From contig JAXGYZ010000002.1 in the NCBI GenBank assembly GCA_040772005.1, positions 101,546 through 165,545 on the forward strand: a stretch of DNA of 64,000 nucleotides, written 5' to 3'. This DNA is from Anaerolineae bacterium (lineage in GTDB: Bacteria > Chloroflexota > Anaerolineae > CG2-30-64-16). The notes under the pieces are model-generated. The model was not told the DNA's origin and did no database searches. It was given only the letters and a program-made list of their open reading frames with translations. This document shows, piece after piece, positions 1 through 8,399 of the stretch; positions within the stretch are counted from its first letter, which is position 1; each line of letters begins with the position of its first letter. The translations under genes were made by a program, and so were the position numbers.

Positions 1-20
1 CAGCGCCGCAGTCCGGGCCG

Positions 21-710
21 ATGGCCCATGCCAACGATGCCCCGCTGCTGACGGTCGTGCTGTTGGGGCTGTGCCTCGTCGCGGTCTTTACCAGCATGAC
101 GGGCCAGCAGATGACGAGCAAGCTGGTCGCCGTGCTCGGCGTGCTGACCGCAGCCAACGCCGTGCTGCGCGCGGTGCCCGGCCCCGCCGGGTTCAACGCC
201 ATCTTCGTGTTGCCGATCCTGACCGGTTACTGCTACGGCCCGACGTTCGGCTTCCTGTTGGGCGTGCTGTCCCTCCTGGTATCCGCGCTGATCGGCGGGG
301 GCGTGGGGCCGTGGTTGCCCTACCAAATGTTCGCGACAGGCTGGATGGGGCTGCTCTCCGGCTGGCTACCCCAACTGCCTGAGCATCGCCGGTGGGAGCC
401 GGTCATGCTGGCCGTCTGGGGGGGCGTCCTGGGGCTGATTTTCGGCGCCATCATGAACATCTGGTTCTGGCCCTTCCTGGCCGGCGGCGCAGCCGGTCCT
501 GCGCTGAGTGACCCGGCGAATACCACCTGGCAGCCCGGCATGGCGATCTGGGCGACCCTGCGCAACTACCTGGTCTTCTACGTGGCAACCTCGCTGTGGT
601 GGGACATTGCGCGGGCCGCGGGCAATGCCCTGCTCATCCTCCTGTTCGGCGGCTCGATTCTGCGGGTGCTGCGGCGCTTCCGCCGCCGTTTCCGGTTCGA
701 GGTCGTGTGA
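21..710 (+). CDS. polytopic membrane protein, possibly an ECF-transporter S-component-like substrate carrier (assignment uncertain)
   Basis: 229-aa ORF with about six hydrophobic helices and Gly/Trp-rich membrane segments; no soluble catalytic motifs. High-GC third-position codon usage consistent with the host. Confidence 0.4.
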   Translation: MAHANDAPLLTVVLLGLCLVAVFTSMTGQQMTSKLVAVLGVLTAANAVLRAVPGPAGFNAIFVLPILTGYCYGPTFGFLLGVLSLLVSALIGGGVGPWLPYQMFATGWMGLLSGWLPQLPEHRRWEPVMLAVWGGVLGLIFGAIMNIWFWPFLAGGAAGPALSDPANTTWQPGMAIWATLRNYLVFYVATSLWWDIARAAGNALLILLFGGSILRVLRRFRRRFRFEVV

Positions 711-716
711 ATTGAT

Positions 717-1460
717 ATGAAGACGATGACGATCAGCCTGACCAACGAGGGTGTGACCCTCACCGCCTACCTGCTCGATGCGTCGATGGCTATGCCCAAC
801 ATGCAAATCAGGCCTGCGGTATTGGTCTGTCCGGGCGGCGGCTATCGCAACTGCTCAGACCGGGAGGCTGAGCCGATTGCGATGGCATTTCTGGCCGAAG
901 GCTATCATGCGTTCGTGCTGCGGTATTCGCTGAACGAAAACGCAGTCTTCCCGCGGCCGCTCAACGACGCGGAGGAAGCATTGGCGCTCATCCGTGCCCA
1001 GGCGCGCGAATGGGCCGTGGACGGCGACAGGATTGTCGCAGTCGGCTTCTCAGCGGGCGGGCACCTGGCTGCGGCCCTGGGAACAATGGGACGCCTCCGC
1101 CCCAACGCACTGGTGCTCGGCTATCCGTGCATCCTGGAGGAGATTTCCGCCACCCTGCCGGTCCGTATCCCTTCGCTTGAGAAGCAGGTGGATGCGCAGA
1201 CCCCGCCGGCGTTCATCTTTGCCACGGCGAACGACGCGCGCGTGCCCGTCCGGCATGCGCTGGGCTTCGCATCCGCGCTGGATGCGGCGGAGATACCTTT
1301 CGAACTGCACATCTTTCAGGACGGAGTGCATGGGTTGGCGCTCGCCACGCCCGTTACGTCGAGCGGCAATCCCGCTCTGGTGAATCCCCACGTGGCGAAA
1401 TGGCTGGGGCTATGTACGGCGTGGCTGGACCGGGTGCTGCGCGGCGTGGACAGTGCATGA
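717..1460 (+). CDS. alpha/beta-hydrolase fold esterase or lipase
   Basis: LVCPGGGY oxyanion region and GFSAGG nucleophile elbow (GxSxG) are typical of carbohydrate-esterase and lipase alpha/beta hydrolases; His near the C-terminus. Confidence 0.65.
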   Translation: MKTMTISLTNEGVTLTAYLLDASMAMPNMQIRPAVLVCPGGGYRNCSDREAEPIAMAFLAEGYHAFVLRYSLNENAVFPRPLNDAEEALALIRAQAREWAVDGDRIVAVGFSAGGHLAAALGTMGRLRPNALVLGYPCILEEISATLPVRIPSLEKQVDAQTPPAFIFATANDARVPVRHALGFASALDAAEIPFELHIFQDGVHGLALATPVTSSGNPALVNPHVAKWLGLCTAWLDRVLRGVDSA

Positions 1461-1466
1461 AGGGCC

Positions 1467-1480
1467 ATGACCTGCGTCAT
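1467..1480. promoter_or_regulatory. 14-bp palindrome ATGACctgcGTCAT in the AOR promoter region (putative operator)
   Basis: Perfect ATGAC-N4-GTCAT inverted repeat about 80 bp upstream of the AOR start. The same half-sites and spacing recur twice in the cooS operon leader (46271-46284 and 46417-46430). Confidence 0.35.
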
Positions 1481-1559
1481 GGTCAGGAAGCTTGTTTCCC
1501 TCCATAATTATCTGGTAGACCGGCATCTCTTCGAAAATTCGTAGCATAAGGAGGCGTCA

Positions 1560-3740
1560 ATGTTGACTCCTGACACAGTCATTCAGCTCCGCCAGGCCCA
1601 CCGCGTCCTGGCCGAATACACCTACACTACCCCTAAGGTGAGCCACGGCTACGCGGGACAGACCCTCTACGTCGACCTCGCCACCGGCCACATCGAGTCA
1701 CGGCCCGTCACCGAGCAGATGAAGGACATCTTCGTCGGCGGCAAGGGCTTCGGGCTGTGGCGGCTCTGGCACGCGGTGTCGGGCACGACGAAGTGGAACG
1801 ACCCCGAGAACGAGCTGGTCATCGCCTCGGGCCCGCTGGCCGGCGCGATCCTCTATCCCGGCACGGGCAAGTCGCTCGTCGTCGGCATCTCCCCGCTCAC
1901 CAACATCGTGGTGGACAGCAACGTGGGCGGCTACTTTGCGCCGCTGCTCAAGATTGCCGGCTGGGACGCGCTGGAGGTGCAGGGCAAGGCCGGTGAGGAA
2001 GTGGTCATCGTCATCGACGGCGACGAAGGCCGTGTGACCATCGAGGCTGCGCCCGCCGAGGCCGTCAACACGCACATCCTGGCCGAGCAGATGCACGCGC
2101 TGTACGCGAAGAACGATGCCGACAAGCGCAACATCTCCGTGGTCTCCGCGGGCGCGGGCAGCGAGCACACGCGCATCGGCTGCCTGAACGTGAGCTGGTA
2201 CGACCCGAAGCGCGGCAAGGTGCGCGTCAAGCAGGCAGGCCGCGGCGGGCTGGGCACTGTCCTGCGCGACAAGAAGATCAAGGCCATCGTCGTGCGCAAG
2301 ACCGGTCTCAAGGCGGAGGCCAACGACCCGGTGGACATCAAGCGCATCCGCGCGGTCGGCCAGCGCATCAACCGGGAAATCGTGGAGCTGGACGATGAGC
2401 AGAACCGGATGCGGCGCGTCGGCACGGCGCACCTGGTCGAAATCATGGACGACTACGACCTGCTGCCCGTCCACAATTTCAAGTTCGGCGCACATCCTGA
2501 CACGCCGAAGATCGATTCGAAGGTGTGGGACGGTATCTTCACGCAGACGCACCCCGATTCGTGCATCTACGGCTGCACGATGGCCTGTTCGAAGGGGGTG
2601 GACGGCTATCGCGTCCGCACTGGGCCGTACGCCGGCGATGTGGTTACGGTAGACGGGCCGGAGTACGAAACGGTCGCGGGCTGCGGGTCCAACATCGGCA
2701 TCTTCAACCCGCCGGACATCATTGAACTGAACTTCTACTGCGACACCTACGGCATCGACAGCATCTCGTTCGGCACGCTGACGGCGTTCTGCATGGAGTG
2801 TTACGAGGCAGGCATCCTGAACCTGGAGCGGACCGGCGGCCTGGACCTGCGCTTCGGCAACGCCGATGCCGCGCTGGAACTGCTGCACCAGATGGCGCGT
2901 GGCGAGGGGTTCGGCCTGGTTGCCGGCATGGGTGTGCGCGCGATGAAGGCGTACTTTGCCGAGCACTTCGGCGCGGACCCGGCTTTCGTGCAGGACATCG
3001 GCATGGAAAACAAGGGGATGGAGTACTCCGAGTACATGACGAAGGAGAGCCTGGCGCAGCAGGGCGGCTACGGCATGACCAACAAGGGCGCGCAGCACGA
3101 CGAGGCCTGGCTCATTTTCATGGATATGGTGAACAACCAGATTCCCACGTTCGAGGACAAGGCCGAAGCGCTGCACTACTTCCCGATGTGGCGGACGTGG
3201 TTCGGGCTGAACGGGCTGTGCAAGCTCCCGTGGAACGATATCGAACCGGCGGACAACGCGCTGACGGACGAGCCGGCCAAGGTGCCTGAGCATGTGGCGA
3301 ACTATGTTGCACTGTTTTCCGGCACGACCGGCCGGGAAGTGACCAAAGAGGACCTGATCACGATGTCGGAGCGGGTCTACAACTTCCAGCGCGTGTTTAA
3401 CCTGAAGATGAGCGCCAGCGTGCCGGGCGCGGGCACCCGCGCACATGACGCAATCCCCTACCGTTCCGCCGGCCCGGTCACCGTCGAGGAGTACGAGAGC
3501 CGCGCCGAGCGTTACGACAAGCAGTTGCGGGAGAAGGCGGGCATCGATCCGACGGGCATGAGCACGCGGGAGAAGGTGGCCGCGCTGCGCAAGTATCGCG
3601 AGGCGCAGTACGAGGGGCTGATCGACGCGGTGTATGCGCGCCGCGGCTGGAACAGCCAGGGCATCCCGACCGTCGCGAAGCTGCGCGAGCTGGGGATCGA
3701 CTTCCCCGATGTGGTCGCGCTGGTGGAAGCGCACAGCTAG
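1560..3740 (+). CDS. aor: aldehyde:ferredoxin oxidoreductase family enzyme (tungstopterin, AOR/FOR/GAPOR superfamily)
   Basis: 726-aa ORF with an AOR N-terminal domain (GGKGFGLWRLW) and AOR catalytic-domain motifs (MTNKGAQHDEAW; Cys ligands for a 4Fe-4S cluster). GGAGG ribosome-binding site upstream of ATG 1560. Confidence 0.75.
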   Translation: MLTPDTVIQLRQAHRVLAEYTYTTPKVSHGYAGQTLYVDLATGHIESRPVTEQMKDIFVGGKGFGLWRLWHAVSGTTKWNDPENELVIASGPLAGAILYPGTGKSLVVGISPLTNIVVDSNVGGYFAPLLKIAGWDALEVQGKAGEEVVIVIDGDEGRVTIEAAPAEAVNTHILAEQMHALYAKNDADKRNISVVSAGAGSEHTRIGCLNVSWYDPKRGKVRVKQAGRGGLGTVLRDKKIKAIVVRKTGLKAEANDPVDIKRIRAVGQRINREIVELDDEQNRMRRVGTAHLVEIMDDYDLLPVHNFKFGAHPDTPKIDSKVWDGIFTQTHPDSCIYGCTMACSKGVDGYRVRTGPYAGDVVTVDGPEYETVAGCGSNIGIFNPPDIIELNFYCDTYGIDSISFGTLTAFCMECYEAGILNLERTGGLDLRFGNADAALELLHQMARGEGFGLVAGMGVRAMKAYFAEHFGADPAFVQDIGMENKGMEYSEYMTKESLAQQGGYGMTNKGAQHDEAWLIFMDMVNNQIPTFEDKAEALHYFPMWRTWFGLNGLCKLPWNDIEPADNALTDEPAKVPEHVANYVALFSGTTGREVTKEDLITMSERVYNFQRVFNLKMSASVPGAGTRAHDAIPYRSAGPVTVEEYESRAERYDKQLREKAGIDPTGMSTREKVAALRKYREAQYEGLIDAVYARRGWNSQGIPTVAKLRELGIDFPDVVALVEAHS

Positions 3741-3756
3741 AAGAGCGTAACGAGCC

Positions 3757-3790
3757 AGATGGGGGGACAGGCATTCAGTCCCCCCATTTT
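3757..3790 (+). terminator. rho-independent terminator downstream of AOR
   Basis: GGGGGGAC-aggcattca-GTCCCCCC hairpin followed by ATTTT immediately after the AOR stop codon. Confidence 0.55.
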
Positions 3791-3835
3791 CGCGCATGCT
3801 TCATTTGTCGAATCCTTGATGCAAGGTGTACAATT

Positions 3836-4117
3836 GTGCATACAGATGAGCTTCATTTTGAATGGGACGCTGAAAAGGCCCGAACAAACTGGCAAAAGCA
3901 TGGGGTAAGCTTCGGTCAGGCACAGGAAGTTTTTTCTGATAATCTGGCGGTGTTAATCGAGGACCCCTTTCCGTTGGAAGAGAGGTTTTCCCTGATAGGG
4001 CTCGACTCATTTGGGCGGGTCTTGGTGGTTGTCTTTTCGTGGCGCGAAAACAGGCTGCGCATTATTTCCGCGCGAAAAGCCACGAACAAGGAACGACGCC
4101 AATACGAGGGTGAGTGA
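3836..4117 (+). CDS. brnT: BrnT-family toxin (DUF497 ribonuclease toxin)
   Basis: 93-aa ORF with the BrnT/DUF497 signature (FEWDxxKAxxNxxKHGVSF ... RIISAR); GTG start; overlaps the downstream antitoxin by 4 nt. Confidence 0.75.
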   Translation: MHTDELHFEWDAEKARTNWQKHGVSFGQAQEVFSDNLAVLIEDPFPLEERFSLIGLDSFGRVLVVVFSWRENRLRIISARKATNKERRQYEGE

Positions 4118-4404
4118 TGCTAGAAGAATACGACTTCAGTAAAGGTAAGCGAGGCGCGATTATCCAACCGCCGGCGGGCAAGACCCGCATTACGATCCGC
4201 GTTGATGATGATATTTTGGATTGGTTCCGCGAGCAGGTAGATGCAGCAGAGGGCAGGAAGAGCTACCAGGCGATGATGAACCAGGCCTTGCGGGAGTACA
4301 TGCAGCGCCAGCGGGAGCCCCTTGAATCGATCCTGCGCCGCGTGGTCCGGGAAGAACTGGCTGCCTATAATGTCAGCAGCCAGGGCGAAGAGGATGGCGC
4401 ATGA
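4114..4404 (+). CDS. brnA: BrnA-family antitoxin
   Basis: 96-aa ORF with the BrnA pattern (EYDFSKGKRG ... ITIRVDDDILDWFR) directly after brnT with an ATGA overlap. Confidence 0.75.
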   Translation: MMLEEYDFSKGKRGAIIQPPAGKTRITIRVDDDILDWFREQVDAAEGRKSYQAMMNQALREYMQRQREPLESILRRVVREELAAYNVSSQGEEDGA

Positions 4405-4601
4405 TCCGCGTCAACAATCAGTATGACGTCGAATACCGGCCCGGCATGACCGTGCAGGACGTACTCACCGCGCTCAAGTTCAGCTTTCGCATGATCGTCG
4501 TCAAGATTGACGGCCAGGTCGTGCTGCGCAAGGACTTCGCCACCACCGAAGTGCCCGACGGGGCCGAAATGCAGGCCATCCACCTGATCAGCGGCGGCTA
4601 G
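4401..4601 (+). CDS. ThiS/MoaD-like sulfur-carrier protein
   Basis: 66-aa beta-grasp-sized ORF ending in the diglycine motif (LISGG-stop) characteristic of ThiS/MoaD. Start overlaps the brnA stop (ATGA). Confidence 0.55.
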   Translation: MIRVNNQYDVEYRPGMTVQDVLTALKFSFRMIVVKIDGQVVLRKDFATTEVPDGAEMQAIHLISGG

Positions 4602-4603
4602 AC

Positions 4604-5380
4604 TCAGCCTATCAGTCGTCCGATCCAGTCAAACACCCCCAGCAGCTGCGCGGCGGACGCCAGCACCACGACCACCACGAACCAACGCACCCACACCACG
4701 CCCTTGCGCACGGCGAAGCGGGTGCCCAGCCACGCGCCGATCATGTTGCCTGCGCCGCACACCAGCCCCGGCAGCCACTCGATCTTGGCATTGGCCCAGA
4801 ACACAGCCAGCGCGGCGATGGTCAGCACCAACACGATGAGAACCTTGACCGCGTTGGCTCGCACGACGTCATAGCCCGCGCCGAGCACCAGCGCCACGAG
4901 CAGGAAGATGCCCACGCCTGCCTGCAAGAAGCCGCCGTAGATGCCGATGGCGAAGAACGCTAACACCTGGAGCACCGACAGCCGCCGCGTACCGGGCTGG
5001 ACCCGCTCGATGAGCCAGCGCTCTGGCTTGACCAGCATCAGGATGAGCATCACCACCATGATGACCGCCAGTACGCGGCGAAACAACTCCTCGTTGATGT
5101 CCACCGCGATCTGCGCGCCGAGCACCGAGCCGACCGTCGTGGGAATGGCAAACAGAAGCGCACTGCGCGTGTCCAGCTTGCCCCGGCGGTGAAACTCGCG
5201 CGTGCCCACGATGTTCTGCAGCGTGACCCCGACGCGGTTGGTCGCATTGGCGACGTTGGCCGGCAATCCGATGAAGATCAACGCGGGCAGCGTGATGAGC
5301 GAGCCGTTGCCCGCCAGCATGTTGACGAACCCGGCCGCGATGCCCGCCAGCACGAGCAGCGGGTAAGCATACCATTCCAT
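4604..5380 (-). CDS. TauE/SafE-family anion (sulfite/sulfoacetate) exporter
   Basis: Internal ATG at 5380 gives a 258-aa polytopic protein with the duplicated 4-TM TauE/SafE architecture (GFVNMLAGNGSLITLP ... GGFLQAGVGIFL). The longer tool ORF starting at 5518 is an upstream over-extension. Confidence 0.65.
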   Translation of the reverse strand: MEWYAYPLLVLAGIAAGFVNMLAGNGSLITLPALIFIGLPANVANATNRVGVTLQNIVGTREFHRRGKLDTRSALLFAIPTTVGSVLGAQIAVDINEELFRRVLAVIMVVMLILMLVKPERWLIERVQPGTRRLSVLQVLAFFAIGIYGGFLQAGVGIFLLVALVLGAGYDVVRANAVKVLIVLVLTIAALAVFWANAKIEWLPGLVCGAGNMIGAWLGTRFAVRKGVVWVRWFVVVVVLASAAQLLGVFDWIGRLIG

Positions 5381-5426
5381 GATGGCTCCCGATGTGAGGA
5401 TTGTGTGGATTGTAACATGGGCAAAG

Positions 5427-5454
5427 AGTAACGAGTAATGAGTAACGAGTAAGT
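5427..5454. repeat. solo arm of the GAGTAAC heptamer palindrome family
   Basis: gagtaacgagtaatgagtaacgagtaag is identical to one arm of the long palindrome at 43464-43550; it is flanked by GATTGTG-type heptamers. Confidence 0.5.
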
Positions 5455-5475
5455 GCGGGAAATCCAAGTACAGGC

Positions 5476-5545
5476 GGAGTCGAGGCTTCAGCCGGTTGGG
5501 CTGGCTGTACACGCACACTCCCTAACCGGCTGAAGCCTCGACTCC
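5476..5545. repeat. perfect 22-bp-stem hairpin in the divergent tauE / radical-SAM intergenic region
   Basis: ggagtcgaggcttcagccggtt, a 26-nt loop, then aaccggctgaagcctcgactcc (exact reverse complement). Confidence 0.6.
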
Positions 5546-5608
5546 GATCCTGATGAAAGTGCTTCATTTGAACTTGCTGGGCCGACTGAGCAGCTGGCTG
5601 CCTGTGTT

Positions 5609-6754
5609 GTGAGTTCGGAGGCCCTCAATCTTCGGTCTGTGCGCTACATGCGTTATAATGGCCCCATGTCGATGCTTTCTCTTGCACCCAGGCTCCCCCT
5701 GTATTGGAGCTTTCGGCGCTTCGGTTGGCCGAAAATGTACCCCTTCTCCGTCGTCGTGAGCGTCAGCTTCCGCTGTAACTCCAAATGCCGCACCTGCGAT
5801 GTGTGGCGCAAGCCCAACGATGATATGTCAGTGGAGGAATGGGACAAGGTCTTTGCCAACCTGGGGCGCACGCCCTTCTATATCACTTTCACCGGCGGCG
5901 AGCCTTTCCTGCGTCGCGACCTGGACGAGATGGTCATCAGCGCGTACCGCCACTGCCGCCCGTCGGTCATCACGATTCCCACGAACGGCCTGTTGACCGA
6001 CCGCGTGGTCGAGCGCGTGCGGCGCATCTGCCGGGAATGCCCGGACAGCCAGATTGGTCTCAACCTGAGCCTCGACGGCATCGGGGAAGAACATGACGAC
6101 ATTCGCGGCGTGCCGGGCAACTGGGAACGCTCGATGGCGACGTGGAATGCGCTGAAGGAGCTGCAGAAAACGCAGCGCAATCTGATCCTGACCGTCCACA
6201 CGGTCGTCAGCCGGTTCAATCAGCACCGCTTTCAGGAAATTTATCACAACTTGCAGTTTCTTCAGCCGGACAGCTACATCACCGAAGTGGCCGAAGAGCG
6301 CGTGGAGCTGGATACCATCGGCTGGGGCATCACGCCGGAGCCGGATGCCTATGCACCCATTGCCGATTTCCTGAGCGCGCAGGCGCGAGCCCAGCCGGCC
6401 AAAGGGCTGGCGCGCATCACGCAGGCGTTCCGCGCGCAGTATTACCAGCTAGCCAAGCGGGTGCTCTACGAACGCACCCAGGTCATTGACTGTTATGCGG
6501 GCTGGGCCAGCGCACACATTGCGCCCAACGGCGACATCTGGAGCTGTTGCATCCGCGCCGAGCCGGTCGGCAGCCTGCGCGAGACGGGCTACGACCTCGC
6601 GCCCATCTGGTTCGGGGAACGCATGGCTGCGCTGCGCAAGTCCATCTACGACAAGGAATGTGCCTGCCCCATGGCGAACGCCAGCTATGCCAACATGCTG
6701 CTGCATCCGCCGACCGTGGCGAAGGTCGGGCTGGAAGTGTTGAAGCGGGATTGA
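5609..6754 (+). CDS. radical SAM enzyme with a C-terminal Cys-rich (SPASM/twitch-like) region
   Basis: CNSKCRTC = CX3CX2C radical-SAM cluster motif, a glycine-rich SAM site (FTGGEPFL) and C-terminal CC...CxC cysteines. The true start may be an internal ATG (5648 or 5666). Confidence 0.6.
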   Translation: MSSEALNLRSVRYMRYNGPMSMLSLAPRLPLYWSFRRFGWPKMYPFSVVVSVSFRCNSKCRTCDVWRKPNDDMSVEEWDKVFANLGRTPFYITFTGGEPFLRRDLDEMVISAYRHCRPSVITIPTNGLLTDRVVERVRRICRECPDSQIGLNLSLDGIGEEHDDIRGVPGNWERSMATWNALKELQKTQRNLILTVHTVVSRFNQHRFQEIYHNLQFLQPDSYITEVAEERVELDTIGWGITPEPDAYAPIADFLSAQARAQPAKGLARITQAFRAQYYQLAKRVLYERTQVIDCYAGWASAHIAPNGDIWSCCIRAEPVGSLRETGYDLAPIWFGERMAALRKSIYDKECACPMANASYANMLLHPPTVAKVGLEVLKRD

Positions 6755-6759
6755 GCGCG

Positions 6760-7188
6760 ATGCCGTTTTATCCTGATCGCGAGACGCTCTATCGCGTCGT
6801 GCGCGCGCTGTTCGAGCGGGTGCTGGCGGAGCCGGAGGTGCTGGGGCAACTGGGGCAGCGGGGCCTCACCCTGCGCATCACGATCGACGATCCGTCTGCC
6901 GTCGTGCTGCTCGATACGCGCTGCCAGCCGCCGCGCTATGTGCTGGATGGCGACCGGTCTGCTCCGGTTGACATTACCGTGCGCGTCGGGGCCGACACGC
7001 TCCACGCCATCTGGCTGGACAACATGGGCCTGCGTGAGGCGTACGGTCGCGGCCTGATCCGCCTCGAAACCAACCCCCTCAAGGCCCTCGGCCACCTCAT
7101 GCGCCTGGCGGAAGTCTTCCGCTATCTCGAAAGCATCTACCCTGACGTGCTGCGCGCCGAAGGGCTGGTCGCTGAGGGAGAGAAGTAA
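6760..7188 (+). CDS. SCP2 (sterol carrier protein 2)-like lipid-binding domain protein
   Basis: 143-aa ORF from ATG 6760 (5 nt after the radical-SAM stop) with the SCP2-fold pattern (LTLRITIDDPSAVVLLD ... YGRGLIRLETNPLKAL). Confidence 0.55.
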   Translation: MPFYPDRETLYRVVRALFERVLAEPEVLGQLGQRGLTLRITIDDPSAVVLLDTRCQPPRYVLDGDRSAPVDITVRVGADTLHAIWLDNMGLREAYGRGLIRLETNPLKALGHLMRLAEVFRYLESIYPDVLRAEGLVAEGEK

Positions 7189-7189
7189 A

Positions 7190-8385
7190 TCACGGCAGTC
7201 CCGCGACGTACGCGGTGAACATCTCCCCCACTGACGTCATGGCCCCGCTCTGTGGATCAAACAGGCTCGGCGTGGGATAGAGCGTGTCCGAGTTGCTGTA
7301 CCAGCAGAACGCCTGCACCAGCCGGTTGTCATCCGCCGGGTAGCCCAGTTCAGCATCTGCAGCCGTGAGGAAGAAGTCGAAGGTGTCGGCCATGAACCCG
7401 GCGACCGCGTCGGGCGCGAAGCCGTAGCTCTCCGGCATGAGGATGCCGTACTCGGAGACGACGAGCGGCCGGTCGCGGAAGCCCCGTTCGGCCATCCAGC
7501 GACGGAAATCGAGGATCTGCCGGCGGAAGATGGTCATATCGGCATGGTCGTCGATGTCATACAGGATCCCCTCATCCTCTGCCATCCCCGGCGGAATGCC
7601 CACCCCCCAGGAATCACGCTCTTCGCGCAGGATGAAAGCGTGGACGTTCCACACATCCACCGGCATTGCCGTCCCGAACTGCGCCTGGTAAGCGGCGAGA
7701 ACGCGGTCGAGGTAGGCCAGGCGCAGCGGGGTCGGTTGGCTGACGCCGGCGATGGCGACCAGCGCGGTCGGGTCCGCCGCCTTGATGATCGGGTAGAGCC
7801 GGCCGTAGGTGGCCGCATACTGCTCCGGCGTCGCGTCGTCCTGCCATGCGACATCCGGCTCGTTGCCCATCAGCCAGAGCGAACCCGGGTTGGCACGCGC
7901 GGCCGCGGCCAGCGCGTCCTCATCCGGGCGGAAGGTGCTGCGGTTGAAGCGCACCATCTGGACGAACCGGCTGTCGCTGATCTCCGGCGGGTGAGGCTGT
8001 ACGCGCCAGTTGAGCCACCAGCCGGGCGCGCCGTCGCCCCATTCGTAGTCATCGATCAGGCCCGTGGCAAAGCCCAGGCCGATGCGACCGCGGGCCGGTC
8101 CACCGAACGGAAAAACGCTGCCGGCCGTGCCCTCTGGGATGGGCACCGGCGCGACACTGAGCGCGGCGTCCGGTGGGGCCTCAGCACCGATCGGCTCTGG
8201 CGTCGCCCCCGCGCGGAAGGCCGGCAGCGGCGTGGGCACCAGCGGTTCAGCAGTCGGCCGCGGCCGGAGCGGTGTAGGCCGGGCCGCGGCGCTCCCTGCG
8301 CCGTCGACCAGCCAGGCGGCAGCCAGCATCGCGACAAGCAGCAGCCCGCCGGCCAACGCGGCGCGGGTTGTTTGAGCAATCCTCA
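7190..8385 (-). CDS. secreted or membrane-anchored glycoside hydrolase (TIM-barrel retaining GH clan A-like)
   Basis: N-terminal hydrophobic helix after a TTG start at 8385 with GGAGAG ribosome-binding site, a Pro-rich linker, then the catalytic acid/base motif LWLMGNEPD and nucleophile motif LVVSEYG typical of GH5-like clan GH-A enzymes. Confidence 0.5.
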
Positions 8386-8399
8386 ATCCTATCTCTCCA

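Noticed and set aside
1698-3797. 699-aa minus-strand ORF antisense to the AOR gene
   Set aside because: Arg/Ala/His-rich low-complexity translation typical of the antisense frame of a high-GC gene. No ribosome-binding site or motif. The sense-strand AOR assignment is strong.
4604-5518. Full 304-aa tauE ORF starting at 5518
   Set aside because: The N-terminal 46 residues lie in the repeat-rich intergenic region and lack TM character. The internal ATG at 5380 gives a canonical TauE N-terminus.
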